64,000 nucleotides of DNA from IMG/VR virus record IMGVR_UViG_3300026549_002537; one strand, 5' to 3'. A program made the translations under genes and the position numbers. The notes under the pieces were generated by a model. That model had not been told where the DNA came from. It ran no database searches and worked only from the letters and a program-made list of their open reading frames with translations. Shown here piece by piece: positions 37,044-46,611 of this stretch (positions are counted from its first letter, which is position 1; every line of letters starts with the position of its first letter). This DNA comes from an uncultured virus (IMG/VR IMGVR_UViG_3300026549_002537) (Duplodnaviria > Heunggongvirae > Uroviricota > Caudoviricetes).

Positions 37044-38714
37044 TCAAAGGCTCCGTAATTTCCCATCTTCATTCATAACATAAACAGTAGGTAGTTCAGA
37101 CAGGTTCCTCCCCAGTACAATAAGCCGACCTCTTTCGCGATTGACCGCCGTTATAACATCCTTATCTCTTTTCGCCTCAGAGTAGAAAATAACTGCCTGG
37201 GCTTTTCTTGCATCCTTGTAATAAGACCTGATAGTGTTCTCATTGGCCATAGAGATATATTTAACGTCCCATGTGAGACCATCAAACGCAAGATCAGGTT
37301 TACCAGTACCCTTGCCGTTCTCAGGCAAGAACTCCACTTGTTTTGCTCCTACGTCCGCCAGTGTTCGACCGACATGCTTTTCTGCTTCACCACCAGACAT
37401 TTTGGCACCTGCGGCTTTGGTTCCAGAGAACTGATGTGAACGGTGGTAAACATTGTAGCCGCCGTTTTCTTCATTGAAATACGCCTTTTCCCATTCTTCA
37501 TCGTATGTTTGGTATTTTCGCCTTGCCTCGTTGATGGTGTTTCTTTCATCCATTTTCGCCCCCGGCCCTGTTGAACTTGTGTCCGTCTTGACATACTTCG
37601 GGTTGTCCTTTATCCAGTAGGGCAGGGTGTCGCGCTCGGCGGCTCTACCGATGCGCTCCTGGTTCTCGTCAATCCATTGGCTGAAACCGTCATGAGGCTT
37701 CGTAATCTCCCCGCTGAACTGCCAGTTGCTGACATCTTCCCCGTTGAGCATGGCCCGGCGATAGGCAATGATCTCATTTTCGTCGGCCAGAACGTCGGTA
37801 GTGTAGCACCTGCACTGCGGATGCCAGCCAACAAACTTGAAATCCTTCGGGTACCTACCTGTCAGTCTCTCGCATATCTTGCACGGGAATTTGTGCTTTG
37901 ACCGCTTTACCTCGACGCCGATAATCCACGGATGCTGCTGTCTGCGCTCATTGTCGGCGGCACGGTAGGCCATATTGGTTTCAGTCCTGGCAAGGCGCAT
38001 GGCGTTCTTATAGCTGCTGCGGTACTCACCACGTCCGGGATGGTACGCTGCGGCCCTCTTCGACAGCTTCAAGTTTCCCTTCTCGTCACGTACCCGACGG
38101 AAAAGACGGTCGGGCTCCTGCAGGTACTGGCGCACATGACGCGACACGGTGGCCGCAGAGTCGCCACGCCCGAGGCTTACGCTGAGTGCCAGTTCCATTT
38201 CCTCCTTGAACTGGCTGGTGTACTTCCACACCTTCTGGGAGAGGTTCAGTCCGCCGTACTCGCTCTTGCGGCTGAAGAAGGCGTCCATGGCCTCACGGTT
38301 GCGGGCAAACAGGCGGGCAAAGCGACTGTCATCCTTCGTGCCCTTGCCCATGGCCAGCTCAACCATCCGGTCATTGGCATCATTGGCAAACTCCCACTCG
38401 CGGATGACGCCACTGCGGATCTCCCCATAGACGGCACTGTAGAGGTAGCGAAGTATGGCATTGCTCTTTTCCGACATTCGCTTGGTGCTATTGAAGCTGA
38501 ATACCTCGTTTTCCGCATCCAGTTCCACCCTTGCCGACAGTTTCAGCAGCTCGTCAAGGGCAGTGGTATAATATTGGCCCACATGGTCAGCATATTCCTC
38601 GGTACGCCCGAAGAGTCCGATGGCCATCTCGTCGGCTATCTGGGCGGTCTGCCACTCTATCTGATTGCGCCCGGCCTTCCGCTTCGGTCTTTCTTTCTCT
38701 TTTTTCTTGCTCAT
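37044..38714 (-). CDS. MuF / minor head morphogenesis protein with C-terminal PD-(D/E)XK nuclease-like (toxin) domain
   Basis: RLARTETNMAY, CKICERL, GWHPQCRC (MuF); C-terminal extension GKPDLAFDGLTWDVKY. Confidence 0.8.
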   Translation of the reverse strand: MSKKKEKERPKRKAGRNQIEWQTAQIADEMAIGLFGRTEEYADHVGQYYTTALDELLKLSARVELDAENEVFSFNSTKRMSEKSNAILRYLYSAVYGEIRSGVIREWEFANDANDRMVELAMGKGTKDDSRFARLFARNREAMDAFFSRKSEYGGLNLSQKVWKYTSQFKEEMELALSVSLGRGDSAATVSRHVRQYLQEPDRLFRRVRDEKGNLKLSKRAAAYHPGRGEYRSSYKNAMRLARTETNMAYRAADNERRQQHPWIIGVEVKRSKHKFPCKICERLTGRYPKDFKFVGWHPQCRCYTTDVLADENEIIAYRRAMLNGEDVSNWQFSGEITKPHDGFSQWIDENQERIGRAAERDTLPYWIKDNPKYVKTDTSSTGPGAKMDERNTINEARRKYQTYDEEWEKAYFNEENGGYNVYHRSHQFSGTKAAGAKMSGGEAEKHVGRTLADVGAKQVEFLPENGKGTGKPDLAFDGLTWDVKYISMANENTIRSYYKDARKAQAVIFYSEAKRDKDVITAVNRERGRLIVLGRNLSELPTVYVMNEDGKLRSL

Positions 38715-38884
38715 TTCTTTCTCGGCTTAAAATGGTCATTGCAGCCCTCATGGTTCATCAGCATGGAAAACGGCTGGTAAGGGCATCGGCACATAAAGAA
38801 CTCACCCTTCACATTCTTGCAATGGAAGTCGTAAGCCTTGGCGCAGTCACGGCACAGGTGCTTTGGCTTTTCGATTTTCCCCAT
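38711..38884 (-). CDS. Small Cys-rich protein (57 aa)
   Basis: Hand-translated MGKIEKPKHLCRDCAKAYDFHCKNVKGEFFMCRCPYQPFSMLMNHEGCNDHFKPRKK; TAATG and ATGA overlaps with its neighbours. Confidence 0.7.
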   Translation of the reverse strand: MGKIEKPKHLCRDCAKAYDFHCKNVKGEFFMCRCPYQPFSMLMNHEGCNDHFKPRKK

Positions 38885-40341
38885 TACTCAGCACCTCCGA
38901 AAACGTCACCCTTCTTCTGGGTACTGGCAAAGATGTTGCGCTGCTCCTGGGCGGCTTCCTCCTTCTGCTTCCTGATGCGCTCTTTCTCCTGCACCTTATC
39001 CTTAATGAGCGGGTTCTGCTCGATGCCGCTTTCCTCTGACATGGTGCCGCCGTCGATGGCCTCATTGATATTCTTGATGGTCTCTGCAATGTCCTCACCG
39101 AAAGGCTCCTGGTAGTCGTGGTCACACTCCAGCTGGTCAAGCTTGTATTCGCTCTTGGTGATATACAGGACGTTGGCCATGATGGATATGACAAGCGAGG
39201 CGGTTCTATCCAGCAGCTCGTCGTAGTTCTCCTTGTGCTTCGTGGCCTTGATGTCTGCAAGGAGCATCATCTGTTTGAGGGCCTTGCCCGACATCTGAGA
39301 CATTCCCTTGAACTGGCTCCAGTCGATGTCCGGCGTGAACGTCTTGGTCAGGATATGGTGGCGCAACCACTCCAGCTCATCCTTCTTGCTCTCGTTCTGG
39401 CCGTCCCATGTGAGGAAGGAAGCCATCTTGCTGACATCTTCCACGTTGTCGTTGGCAACAAGCGTCTTATTCTCCACATCCTTGTCAGGCATGGACTTCA
39501 AGAGGGCTGCTTTAAGTACCAGATAGGGGTCGCTGAAATAGTCGTTGGTGTCGGCACGTCGAGAGGCCACGTATTCCTCGCGGTTGATCAGTTCCTCGAC
39601 ACCGTCCCATTCCTTCTTCTGCTTGAAGTAGATGACGGGGATTTTCCCGATGGGGTTGTCCTCTTCATCCACCTCCCATCCGAACGTTCCGCGCTGGCAA
39701 TGGTAGATGGTATTGTCCGTGAAGATGTCGAGGTGATAGGTGGTCTTTCCTGCCACGTCCTTTGAGTAGTGGCCCCATGCGAAGGTGATAAGGTTCTCGT
39801 ACACGTCCCAGCGGGTGTAAATCTCGTCACCCTTGGAACGAGCGAGGACGCGGATCTGACAATCAGGCTCATTCTTCTTGTTGCGGTACACACGGAAGAG
39901 CATAGCTGATTCCGTCTCGCTTCCTGCCAGTCGCTTGCACTGTCTTATCTTGCTGTTGAAGTGCATCCTTTTCAGCAAGTCGGTGTAAGCCTGGAATCCA
40001 GCGTCGGCACCCTCGCTCTTCTGTTTCCACTTCACGGGCTGTCCGAAGAGGAACACAAGGGAAATCTCATTGATGTACACAGGATAGCCAACAGGAAGCT
40101 TCCAGCGTGTCAGCGTGCCCTTGCGCTTTCCTGTGAGGTCTTTCAGCACCTTATCCTTGCGCTCCATAATGAGGTGCGTCTTCGGATCGTACTCCTTCAT
40201 GGCTTCCTCGGCCTCTAACTGGTGAGAGTCAAGCAGACTCATAACTCTGGTGATGTCCTTGGCGGCAATAAGCTGCTCAAAGTCCTGGTTCCTGCCTACG
40301 GTGGCATTGAACAGGTTGGTAATCGAATTGATAATTGACAT
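38884..40341 (-). CDS. Portal protein (SPP1 gp6-like)
   Basis: Follows the terminase; NPIGKIPVIYF, TFTPD, MSGKALK motifs. Confidence 0.9.
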   Translation of the reverse strand: MSIINSITNLFNATVGRNQDFEQLIAAKDITRVMSLLDSHQLEAEEAMKEYDPKTHLIMERKDKVLKDLTGKRKGTLTRWKLPVGYPVYINEISLVFLFGQPVKWKQKSEGADAGFQAYTDLLKRMHFNSKIRQCKRLAGSETESAMLFRVYRNKKNEPDCQIRVLARSKGDEIYTRWDVYENLITFAWGHYSKDVAGKTTYHLDIFTDNTIYHCQRGTFGWEVDEEDNPIGKIPVIYFKQKKEWDGVEELINREEYVASRRADTNDYFSDPYLVLKAALLKSMPDKDVENKTLVANDNVEDVSKMASFLTWDGQNESKKDELEWLRHHILTKTFTPDIDWSQFKGMSQMSGKALKQMMLLADIKATKHKENYDELLDRTASLVISIMANVLYITKSEYKLDQLECDHDYQEPFGEDIAETIKNINEAIDGGTMSEESGIEQNPLIKDKVQEKERIRKQKEEAAQEQRNIFASTQKKGDVFGGAE

Positions 40342-40364
40342 AACTTTACTATTATTGGTTACTA

Positions 40365-41825
40365 CTATATTGCTAACATGGAACCGACGTACTCAGGCAC
40401 CTCGAAGCTATCCTCTACGAAATAGTTGATGGCATAGCCCAGTATATCGACATATTCATCATGGGTCTTGGCAGGGAAGCCGCAGACCTCGTCTATAAAT
40501 TCCTCGTTCCAGTCGCCTTCAACCAGATACACGCGGCCACATTCAATCTTCGGGGCCACAGCATAGAGTCGCGTGTCCTTGGGATCGGAAGGCGACGGCG
40601 TGTAGGTGACATTGAGCGAACTGACAACCTGTAGCTGCTGGCAGACGCTCACGCCGTTGGCTTTCGGCTCGATGCGCAGCGTGCTCTCTCCGTTGGCATC
40701 GTTAGCAGCCATGAAGTCCGGCAGATAGCGTATGAGGTCTGGAAACTCCTTGTAAACCTTCTGTGCGCAGGTGATGTAGATATTATTCCGTATCTTGCAG
40801 GCCCCGATGATGCCGCTGGGGTCATTGTCGCTCTTCTGTTTCTTGTTGTAGGCGGTATCGAGGAAGAAGTGAATGGGTTCGCGGAAATGCAGGGCGTGAT
40901 AGTCGGCCAGGCTGATGTGCCTGAACCATTTCTCCTTGATGATGTTACCGCCCTCGGCTGTCGGGCTTTGTTCGTACTGCCCGGCATATCCGCGACTGCC
41001 GAGGTCTGTCTTTGCTTCATTCAGTACGGGCCTCGGGAGTCTTACAGGATCGAGCAGACCGTCCACATATTTCTCCCTCAGTTCCACAGGCTTCACGTTG
41101 TCGGACAGCTCGGCAGGGAGGCAGATGTGACGGATATTCTCGCCTTTCTTCTTCAGCAGGTAGCCAGTGACATCTTCCTCATGGAGTCGCTGCATGATGG
41201 TGACCACAGGCGTATTGGCTTTGTCAACCTTACGTGAGGAAAGCGTCTTGGTGTGCTCATTGGCAGCAGTACGCATCTGCTCAGATTCGGCCTGCTTGGG
41301 GTTTACAGGGTCGTCATTGATGATAACGTGAGCATGGAAGCCAGTAATGGTGGCTCCCGTCGATGTGGCATAGCGGTAGCCAGTTTCTGTATTCTCATAG
41401 TTCTGCTTACCGCTCTTGTCTCGCCTTATCTTTATCTCGGGGAACAGCTTGCGGAACTTGTCGCTCTCGATGATATCCTTTGATTTGGTGGCATGGTCAA
41501 TAGACAATGCGCCGGAGTATGAGTTGGTGATGATGCGGATGCTGGGGTCTTGCGTCCACAGCCATACGGGCCACATCACCGTGACGATGGTACTCTTGGT
41601 TGTGCCTGGAGGAATGTTGATAATCAGATCATACGGCTTTGGCCTACGCTCAACGATAGACACGGAAAGCTTCTGGAGCTCACCGCAAAGATATGGAATG
41701 TGCCAGTTGTACACAGGTTCCTCTTTGATGATGACGTCCCAGAAGGTCTTGACGAAGAAGAAGAAACTCTTCCTGCACTCGTCAGCTACCACGGCGATTG
41801 CCAATTCCGAATAGTCAATGTTCAT
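40365..41825 (-). CDS. terL: Terminase large subunit
   Basis: Walker A PPGTTKS, IINDDP, IMQRLHEED, C-terminal FPAKTHDEYVD. Confidence 0.95.
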   Translation of the reverse strand: MNIDYSELAIAVVADECRKSFFFFVKTFWDVIIKEEPVYNWHIPYLCGELQKLSVSIVERRPKPYDLIINIPPGTTKSTIVTVMWPVWLWTQDPSIRIITNSYSGALSIDHATKSKDIIESDKFRKLFPEIKIRRDKSGKQNYENTETGYRYATSTGATITGFHAHVIINDDPVNPKQAESEQMRTAANEHTKTLSSRKVDKANTPVVTIMQRLHEEDVTGYLLKKKGENIRHICLPAELSDNVKPVELREKYVDGLLDPVRLPRPVLNEAKTDLGSRGYAGQYEQSPTAEGGNIIKEKWFRHISLADYHALHFREPIHFFLDTAYNKKQKSDNDPSGIIGACKIRNNIYITCAQKVYKEFPDLIRYLPDFMAANDANGESTLRIEPKANGVSVCQQLQVVSSLNVTYTPSPSDPKDTRLYAVAPKIECGRVYLVEGDWNEEFIDEVCGFPAKTHDEYVDILGYAINYFVEDSFEVPEYVGSMLAI

Positions 41826-42256
41826 TCCTTCTTGTTAATGAGGTCAAGCCCGATGGAAAGCAGCACTTCACGCTGCTCTTCCGTAAGCTGGTCTAAGTCG
41901 ATTTTCTGCTTTGGTACCAGAGATTCGCCATCCTTGCCGACAATCTCCCTGCGCTCGGTGTAGCCCCTGTCCTTCATCTGGGTCTTGGCATAGAAGATTA
42001 GCATCGACGTGTCGCCGTCCTCGATCTTCTTCAGGATGAGCGCCTCGGCGAAGTCCTTCTGCAGCTCCTTCACGTCATCCACCTTGTCGTGGAATTCCGG
42101 GTCTTCGTTGTACCAGCGGTAGAAGGTGGCGGGCGACACGCCCGTCACACGGCAGGCAGGGCGCACGATGCCCTTGGTGCCGTCGAGGGCTACAAGGAAG
42201 CCTTCCTTCTCTTTCCTTACACGCTCCTCAATGGTTGATTCGTTGTTGTTAGCCAT
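41822..42256 (-). CDS. terS: Terminase small subunit
   Basis: HTH ACRVTGVSPATFYRW; MLIFYAKTQMKDRGY; directly upstream of terL. Confidence 0.85.
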   Translation of the reverse strand: MANNNESTIEERVRKEKEGFLVALDGTKGIVRPACRVTGVSPATFYRWYNEDPEFHDKVDDVKELQKDFAEALILKKIEDGDTSMLIFYAKTQMKDRGYTERREIVGKDGESLVPKQKIDLDQLTEEQREVLLSIGLDLINKKE

Positions 42257-42311
42257 ATATCAATATATCTTTCTGTTATTCGCCCGCAAAGTTAAGCAAA
42301 ATTCCGCAAAA

Positions 42312-42394
42312 GTGCTTAATAAGCACATCTAAATTGTGATATTTTGTCTTTTGTATAAATTGTAAGCATTAAAATTGTGTGTCTTAACAAGCAC
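42312..42394. promoter_or_regulatory. Two palindromic operator copies upstream of terS
   Basis: gtgcttaataagcac (42312-42326) and tgtcttaacaagcac (42380-42394). Confidence 0.65.
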
Positions 42395-42684
42395 TAAATA
42401 TATTATATAAGTATCCATGAGGGCCTGAATCATGCCCCCGTCGGCACGCAGAACCCCTTTCCCCGTTCCTTTTCCCCACACCCCTTTTTCTTTTCCCCCC
42501 ATACCCCCTTATATTCTATTATTTATATTATATTATTGAGTATAAGCGCGCACGCGAGGGAGAAACGGCCATTTAACGTTTATTAGGTCGATCATTGCGT
42601 CATCGTCAGCGTCATGTTTTTACAACAAACATTAAATCCTTTAACTAAATCGCTGGAAACGCCCATTTTTCGTGAATTTTGCTG

Positions 42685-42823
42685 CGGCAAAACTATCGGC
42701 AAACGCCGCGGCAAAATCATCGGCAAATACTGCGGCAAAATGTCCGGCAAGTGCCGCGACAAAAATGGCGGCAAACATAGCGGCAAATTTTCAAGTTTTG
42801 CCGCGTCATTTGCCGCGACAAAA
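42685..42823. repeat. Iteron-like array: CGGCAAA core x9 at an exact 12-bp period plus inverted copies; candidate replication origin
   Basis: Cores start at 42685, 42697, ... 42781; pyrimidine tract and AT-rich stretch upstream (42455-42545). Confidence 0.75.
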
Positions 42824-42923
42824 AACACGTTTTGAAAAATCATAACAAACAGCAAAAAGCCCCAGCGGAAAACTCCACCGGGGCAGCAACAAAGGTACGA
42901 AAAAGTGCGTCGAGAGAGAAGCG

Positions 42924-43637
42924 TCACAAGACGCCTGCCATCTTGCCCAGGAGGGCAATCTGGTTACGCATCGCCTCCATCCGCAACTGCATGGCGGTCT
43001 CGCCCTTGGCTATGCCGTAGTTGCGGCTGAAGAACATCAGGAAGGCTTCGTCGAGCTGGCCGAAGAGGGACTTCAGCGACTGCTCGAAGGTCAGGCCGGG
43101 GGCAAGCACGATGCCCGACTGCTCACGGCAGACAGGGCCGTAGCCCGTGCCAAGGAAGTAGCGGCCGTCGCTCGTGTACTCCTTCAGGCGCTTGTTGAAG
43201 GCCGTCACCTGACGGCGAAGCAGCTTGTCGGCATCCTGAGTGCGCGAGTCGCGCAGCTCTGTCAGCAGATGCTCCGTGCTGTCGGTGACGGCGGGATTGG
43301 GGACGGTGTAGGCTCCCGTGCGGCGGATGGCCGGAAGAACCTCGCTCGTCACCCAACGCTTGAACTGCTTGGCCTGCGGAAGCTTCGAAGAGAGAATCAG
43401 AGAGTAAAGGCCGGACTCGTTGATGAGAGTAATTTTTTGTTTTCCACCAGGGGTGACCATTTCGTTCACCCCTTTATCCTCATCGTCAACATGGTCGCGG
43501 ATTGCCCTTTGAACATTGCGATACCCCAAAGCCTTCGCCACATCCTTGCCGACAAACAGGATATTCCCGTCATTGTCGGCCAGCGTTCGGATGTCTCCGA
43601 ATTGCGGGTTGTTGAATACCTGGATTGCTGTTTCCAT
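42924..43637 (-). CDS. BRO-N domain antirepressor
   Basis: FVGKDVAKALGY...INESGLYSLILSSKLPQAKQFKRWVTSEVLPAIRRTG. Confidence 0.92.
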   Translation of the reverse strand: METAIQVFNNPQFGDIRTLADNDGNILFVGKDVAKALGYRNVQRAIRDHVDDEDKGVNEMVTPGGKQKITLINESGLYSLILSSKLPQAKQFKRWVTSEVLPAIRRTGAYTVPNPAVTDSTEHLLTELRDSRTQDADKLLRRQVTAFNKRLKEYTSDGRYFLGTGYGPVCREQSGIVLAPGLTFEQSLKSLFGQLDEAFLMFFSRNYGIAKGETAMQLRMEAMRNQIALLGKMAGVL

Positions 43638-43676
43638 TGTTAATAACTTGATTAGTGAAATATATAATCGTTCATA

Positions 43677-43964
43677 TCAGTATTGCGTGTCGGTGGCGGC
43701 TTCTTCCTTTCCCATAGGCGGTTTCGTTTTAGTTGAACATTGCTCCAGTCGTATCTCGGCCATCCAACTGAACACCTGGACCAGTCGGTCGCCGACAATG
43801 AGGGTGAGAATCACGCCCTTGGTGGTGCGCGTCTCAAAGATGATGCCTTTCAGCATACCGCGTACATGCTGCCGTGAGGTGGGTTCTGGGCGCAATGTCA
43901 CGCTCCGACCCATCCACTCTTTTACATAAACCTCGTCGAGAGGTTCAAACTCCTTCGTTCTCAT
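43677..43964 (-). CDS. Hypothetical protein
   Basis: 95-aa ORF within the operon. Confidence 0.55.
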   Translation of the reverse strand: MRTKEFEPLDEVYVKEWMGRSVTLRPEPTSRQHVRGMLKGIIFETRTTKGVILTLIVGDRLVQVFSWMAEIRLEQCSTKTKPPMGKEEAATDTQY

Positions 43965-43968
43965 AGGC

Positions 43969-44259
43969 TCAGATAAACTTGTAGTCAGTCTCTACCTTGA
44001 TGTTCACTGAGTAGGCACTGATGAAATTCGACATCTCTGAATCGACATCGGCAATAGCCCTCATCAGCTTATCGGTCTCTTCTTCCAAGTTATAGACGCG
44101 GGCCAGCTTGCATTCAAACTCGTTGTTGATGAAACGGCTAATGTCTATCAGCATGGCTTGACACTTCAGCAGCTTTCTTGTGGTGTCGCTGATCTGTACT
44201 CGCTCCACGTTCTGTGTCATCGTGAAGTCCTGTTCCAGGTTCTTTCCTTGATTCTCCAT
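43969..44259 (-). CDS. Hypothetical protein (paralog of 44271-44549)
   Basis: ISDTTRKLLKCQAM...TDYKFI. Confidence 0.7.
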   Translation of the reverse strand: MENQGKNLEQDFTMTQNVERVQISDTTRKLLKCQAMLIDISRFINNEFECKLARVYNLEEETDKLMRAIADVDSEMSNFISAYSVNIKVETDYKFI

Positions 44260-44270
44260 GATAGTATGTT

Positions 44271-44549
44271 TTAGATGAATTCATAATTGGTCTTGAGCTG
44301 GATTTCGTGAGAGTAGTCCGAATGCAGATCTTCTATTGCGGATATTGCTTCGGCAATCTTCCCAAGTGCATTGCAGACGCAACGGACAAAATCATACTTC
44401 CTGGTCTCGCTATCCTCTTCCATGTTCTGGATGCATTCAAAGACATCGTTCATCATGGCCTCACACTTCAAGAACAGCTTGCTTGTCTCGCTGATGGCGA
44501 TTCCCTGCACATTGGCGGTATTCGCAAATGGTTTTCTTTTCTTCTCCAT
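44271..44549 (-). CDS. Hypothetical protein (paralog of 43969-44259)
   Basis: ISETSKLFLKCEAM...TNYEFI. Confidence 0.7.
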   Translation of the reverse strand: MEKKRKPFANTANVQGIAISETSKLFLKCEAMMNDVFECIQNMEEDSETRKYDFVRCVCNALGKIAEAISAIEDLHSDYSHEIQLKTNYEFI

Positions 44550-44600
44550 AATTCTTTGAGTTTAATTGATGTTTATTTTATTTTGTTTGTGAATTTGGGT

Positions 44601-44715
44601 GCAAATGTAAATTAAATAAATTACATATACAAGAAAATAGTAATTTAATTTATTTCGTTTAACGTTATTTAGTAATTGATTTGAATTACAAACGAAATAA
44701 AAAGATTACCTTTGC
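44601..44715. promoter_or_regulatory. Divergent promoters with GTAATT/AATTAC-type operators
   Basis: TAnnTTTG on both strands (44602-44609 minus, ~44707-44714 plus); palindrome gtaatt-gatttg-aattac at 44672-44689 and variants. Confidence 0.55.
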
Positions 44716-44734
44716 ACTATTAAAATAATAATAT

Positions 44735-44995
44735 ATGGATATTACAGCAAGAATAGAAAGCCTTATCAAAGAGAAAGGTTATAATAAGAGTCAGTTTGCA
44801 GAGAAACTTGGCACTCAAAGACAGAATCTAAACAATTTAATAAAATCCCCATCGTTTCCAACTCTGGAAAAGATAGCAGAGGCTTTAGATATCCCTCTTT
44901 GGCAACTTTTCAAAGATGGAGATGATGATATGCCCTCTACTCCTTCTATTACTTGCCCTTACTGTGGCCATGAATTATCAATTGATATAAAATAG
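44735..44995 (+). CDS. XRE/Cro-like HTH transcriptional regulator with C-terminal CxxC
   Basis: QFAEKLG..RQNL...PSFPTLEKIAEALDIPLWQLF; CPYCG. Confidence 0.9.
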   Translation: MDITARIESLIKEKGYNKSQFAEKLGTQRQNLNNLIKSPSFPTLEKIAEALDIPLWQLFKDGDDDMPSTPSITCPYCGHELSIDIK

Positions 44996-45004
44996 GCGTT
45001 CACA

Positions 45005-46132
45005 ATGGGATTTTTTGAATTTTTCAAAAGAAAGAAGCCTGTTGGCCAAGAGGACGAAAGAGGGGAGGCCAATCAAGAAGAAGGACTGCAAGCTTCAAAG
45101 ATCAAAATTCCTCTTGAGGAAGCAATAAAAATCACGCTCCATGGCGACGATGAAGAAATGCTGATGTTTTTTAGTACGCTGAAACATAAGGCAATATTTA
45201 ACGGAGAAACCCCACCTGGGTATGTTGAAATGGACGTTGAGCGTTACGAGCGGGATTTGCGTATTAGTAATGAACGTCTGGAGCGTGACGAATTGCTCAA
45301 TGAGACAGCAAGGCTAAACAACGTAGGTATTGCGCTGGAAAAAGAAGGTAGGATAGACGAGGCGATTGAGACATACGAAAATAATATTTCTTTAGGCTAT
45401 AAAGCCGCCCATTCGTTTGACAGGCTGCGCATACTCTACCGCAAGCGTAAGGACTATGAGAACATGATCCGTGTTATCAAACGGGAGGGTGAAGTGTTTG
45501 ATTATACCCAAGTAGAGATAGAAGACAAGATAAACCGATATTTGGAGAAAAAGGACAGGCCAAAGATTGATATAGTTCTCCCTCGTGTAAGGCAACAGGC
45601 GGTGATTGAAGGCGAGACGCTTGAAAGTAAGTTCAAGGCCATTACCGATAGGTTGCCGGAGTTTGATTTCTACACAACAGCAGATCAAGGGCAACGGAAC
45701 ATTATACCAATGGACGAATCTCGCAACATGGCTGATATTCGAGACGAGATCAAACACAAAATAGATTTGGGGGCAGAACACGAACGTCATGGAAGGCTCG
45801 ACTTGGCGGTTCCATTATATGAGGATCTAATCGCAAACCACGTTCACAATACAAAGCCATACGATAGGCTTATAATGATATACAAACGTGCCAAGTTGTT
45901 TGATGATGCAAGAGACGTTTTAGAGTTCTCTATTAACTTTTTCAGAAGCCTAAAACAAAACCAATATAAGTACATTCACTATCTTGCTGACAAATATGGA
46001 GTAAGTGAAATTCACGGCGTGCCAATTGACGAATATGGGAAGATATACTATTATGCTGGTGTCTTTGAACTTTACAACCCATATCCAATCATTGAGAAAT
46101 GGGAAAAGCAATTAGAATCATTGAAGAACTAA
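45005..46132 (+). CDS. TPR-like repeat protein
   Basis: Two copies of G..LE..GR.D.A...YE..I.......(H/P).DRL..(L/I)Y. Confidence 0.7.
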   Translation: MGFFEFFKRKKPVGQEDERGEANQEEGLQASKIKIPLEEAIKITLHGDDEEMLMFFSTLKHKAIFNGETPPGYVEMDVERYERDLRISNERLERDELLNETARLNNVGIALEKEGRIDEAIETYENNISLGYKAAHSFDRLRILYRKRKDYENMIRVIKREGEVFDYTQVEIEDKINRYLEKKDRPKIDIVLPRVRQQAVIEGETLESKFKAITDRLPEFDFYTTADQGQRNIIPMDESRNMADIRDEIKHKIDLGAEHERHGRLDLAVPLYEDLIANHVHNTKPYDRLIMIYKRAKLFDDARDVLEFSINFFRSLKQNQYKYIHYLADKYGVSEIHGVPIDEYGKIYYYAGVFELYNPYPIIEKWEKQLESLKN

Positions 46133-46155
46133 CAGCCCGCCCCCCAATACAGCAG

Positions 46156-46182
46156 AAGCCCCGGCCATTGCGGTCGGGGCTT
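46156..46182. terminator. Bidirectional terminator
   Basis: aagccccggcc-attgc-ggtcggggctt between convergent genes. Confidence 0.7.
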
Positions 46183-46200
46183 TAATTATAGTAGTTTTCT

Positions 46201-46611
46201 TTAGGTGCTGTGATAGACGTCACCGAAATTCGCTTCTATGAAGATTGGGTAAATAACGCCGTCGGCAATGTAGCACACAAAGGCGTGGTTGTCACCTGCA
46301 GCACGGAACACCGGGAACTTCTTTACATCGTTAAACACTGCCGGGATGGACTTTGCGGGCTTTATCTGGCTCCTGTTGATCTTCTCGAATCCATACTGGT
46401 GCTTGTCGGAACTGTTTATTTCATTCCATGTCCTCTCAGAAAGTGCAACCAGCCGTTTTGTGAACTCGCGGAAAATCTTGTCGTCACACTTCTTCACAGA
46501 CACCCGCATGTTCAGGTAGCGGAAAGAGAACAGGGGACATTTCAGCCCAGAGTCATCTTGTTTGGGCTGGGCAGATACTGGTTTAGGCCTGTGCTTGGGC
46601 ATCGTGTTCAA
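46201..46611 (-). CDS. Putative toxin (RelE-like RNase fold)
   Basis: FSFRYL...TWNEI...GFEKI...VFR...IFIE.NFGDVY; overlaps the Panacea gene. Confidence 0.6.
   Translation of the reverse strand: MNTMPKHRPKPVSAQPKQDDSGLKCPLFSFRYLNMRVSVKKCDDKIFREFTKRLVALSERTWNEINSSDKHQYGFEKINRSQIKPAKSIPAVFNDVKKFPVFRAAGDNHAFVCYIADGVIYPIFIEANFGDVYHST

Noticed and set aside
42685..42787. CRISPR array
   Set aside because: 7-bp cores with 5-bp spacers are far too short; no cas genes in the window
42592..42927. ORFs across the 12-bp repeat array
   Set aside because: Probably open only because the repeat period is a multiple of 3; low-complexity products. Coding cannot be fully excluded
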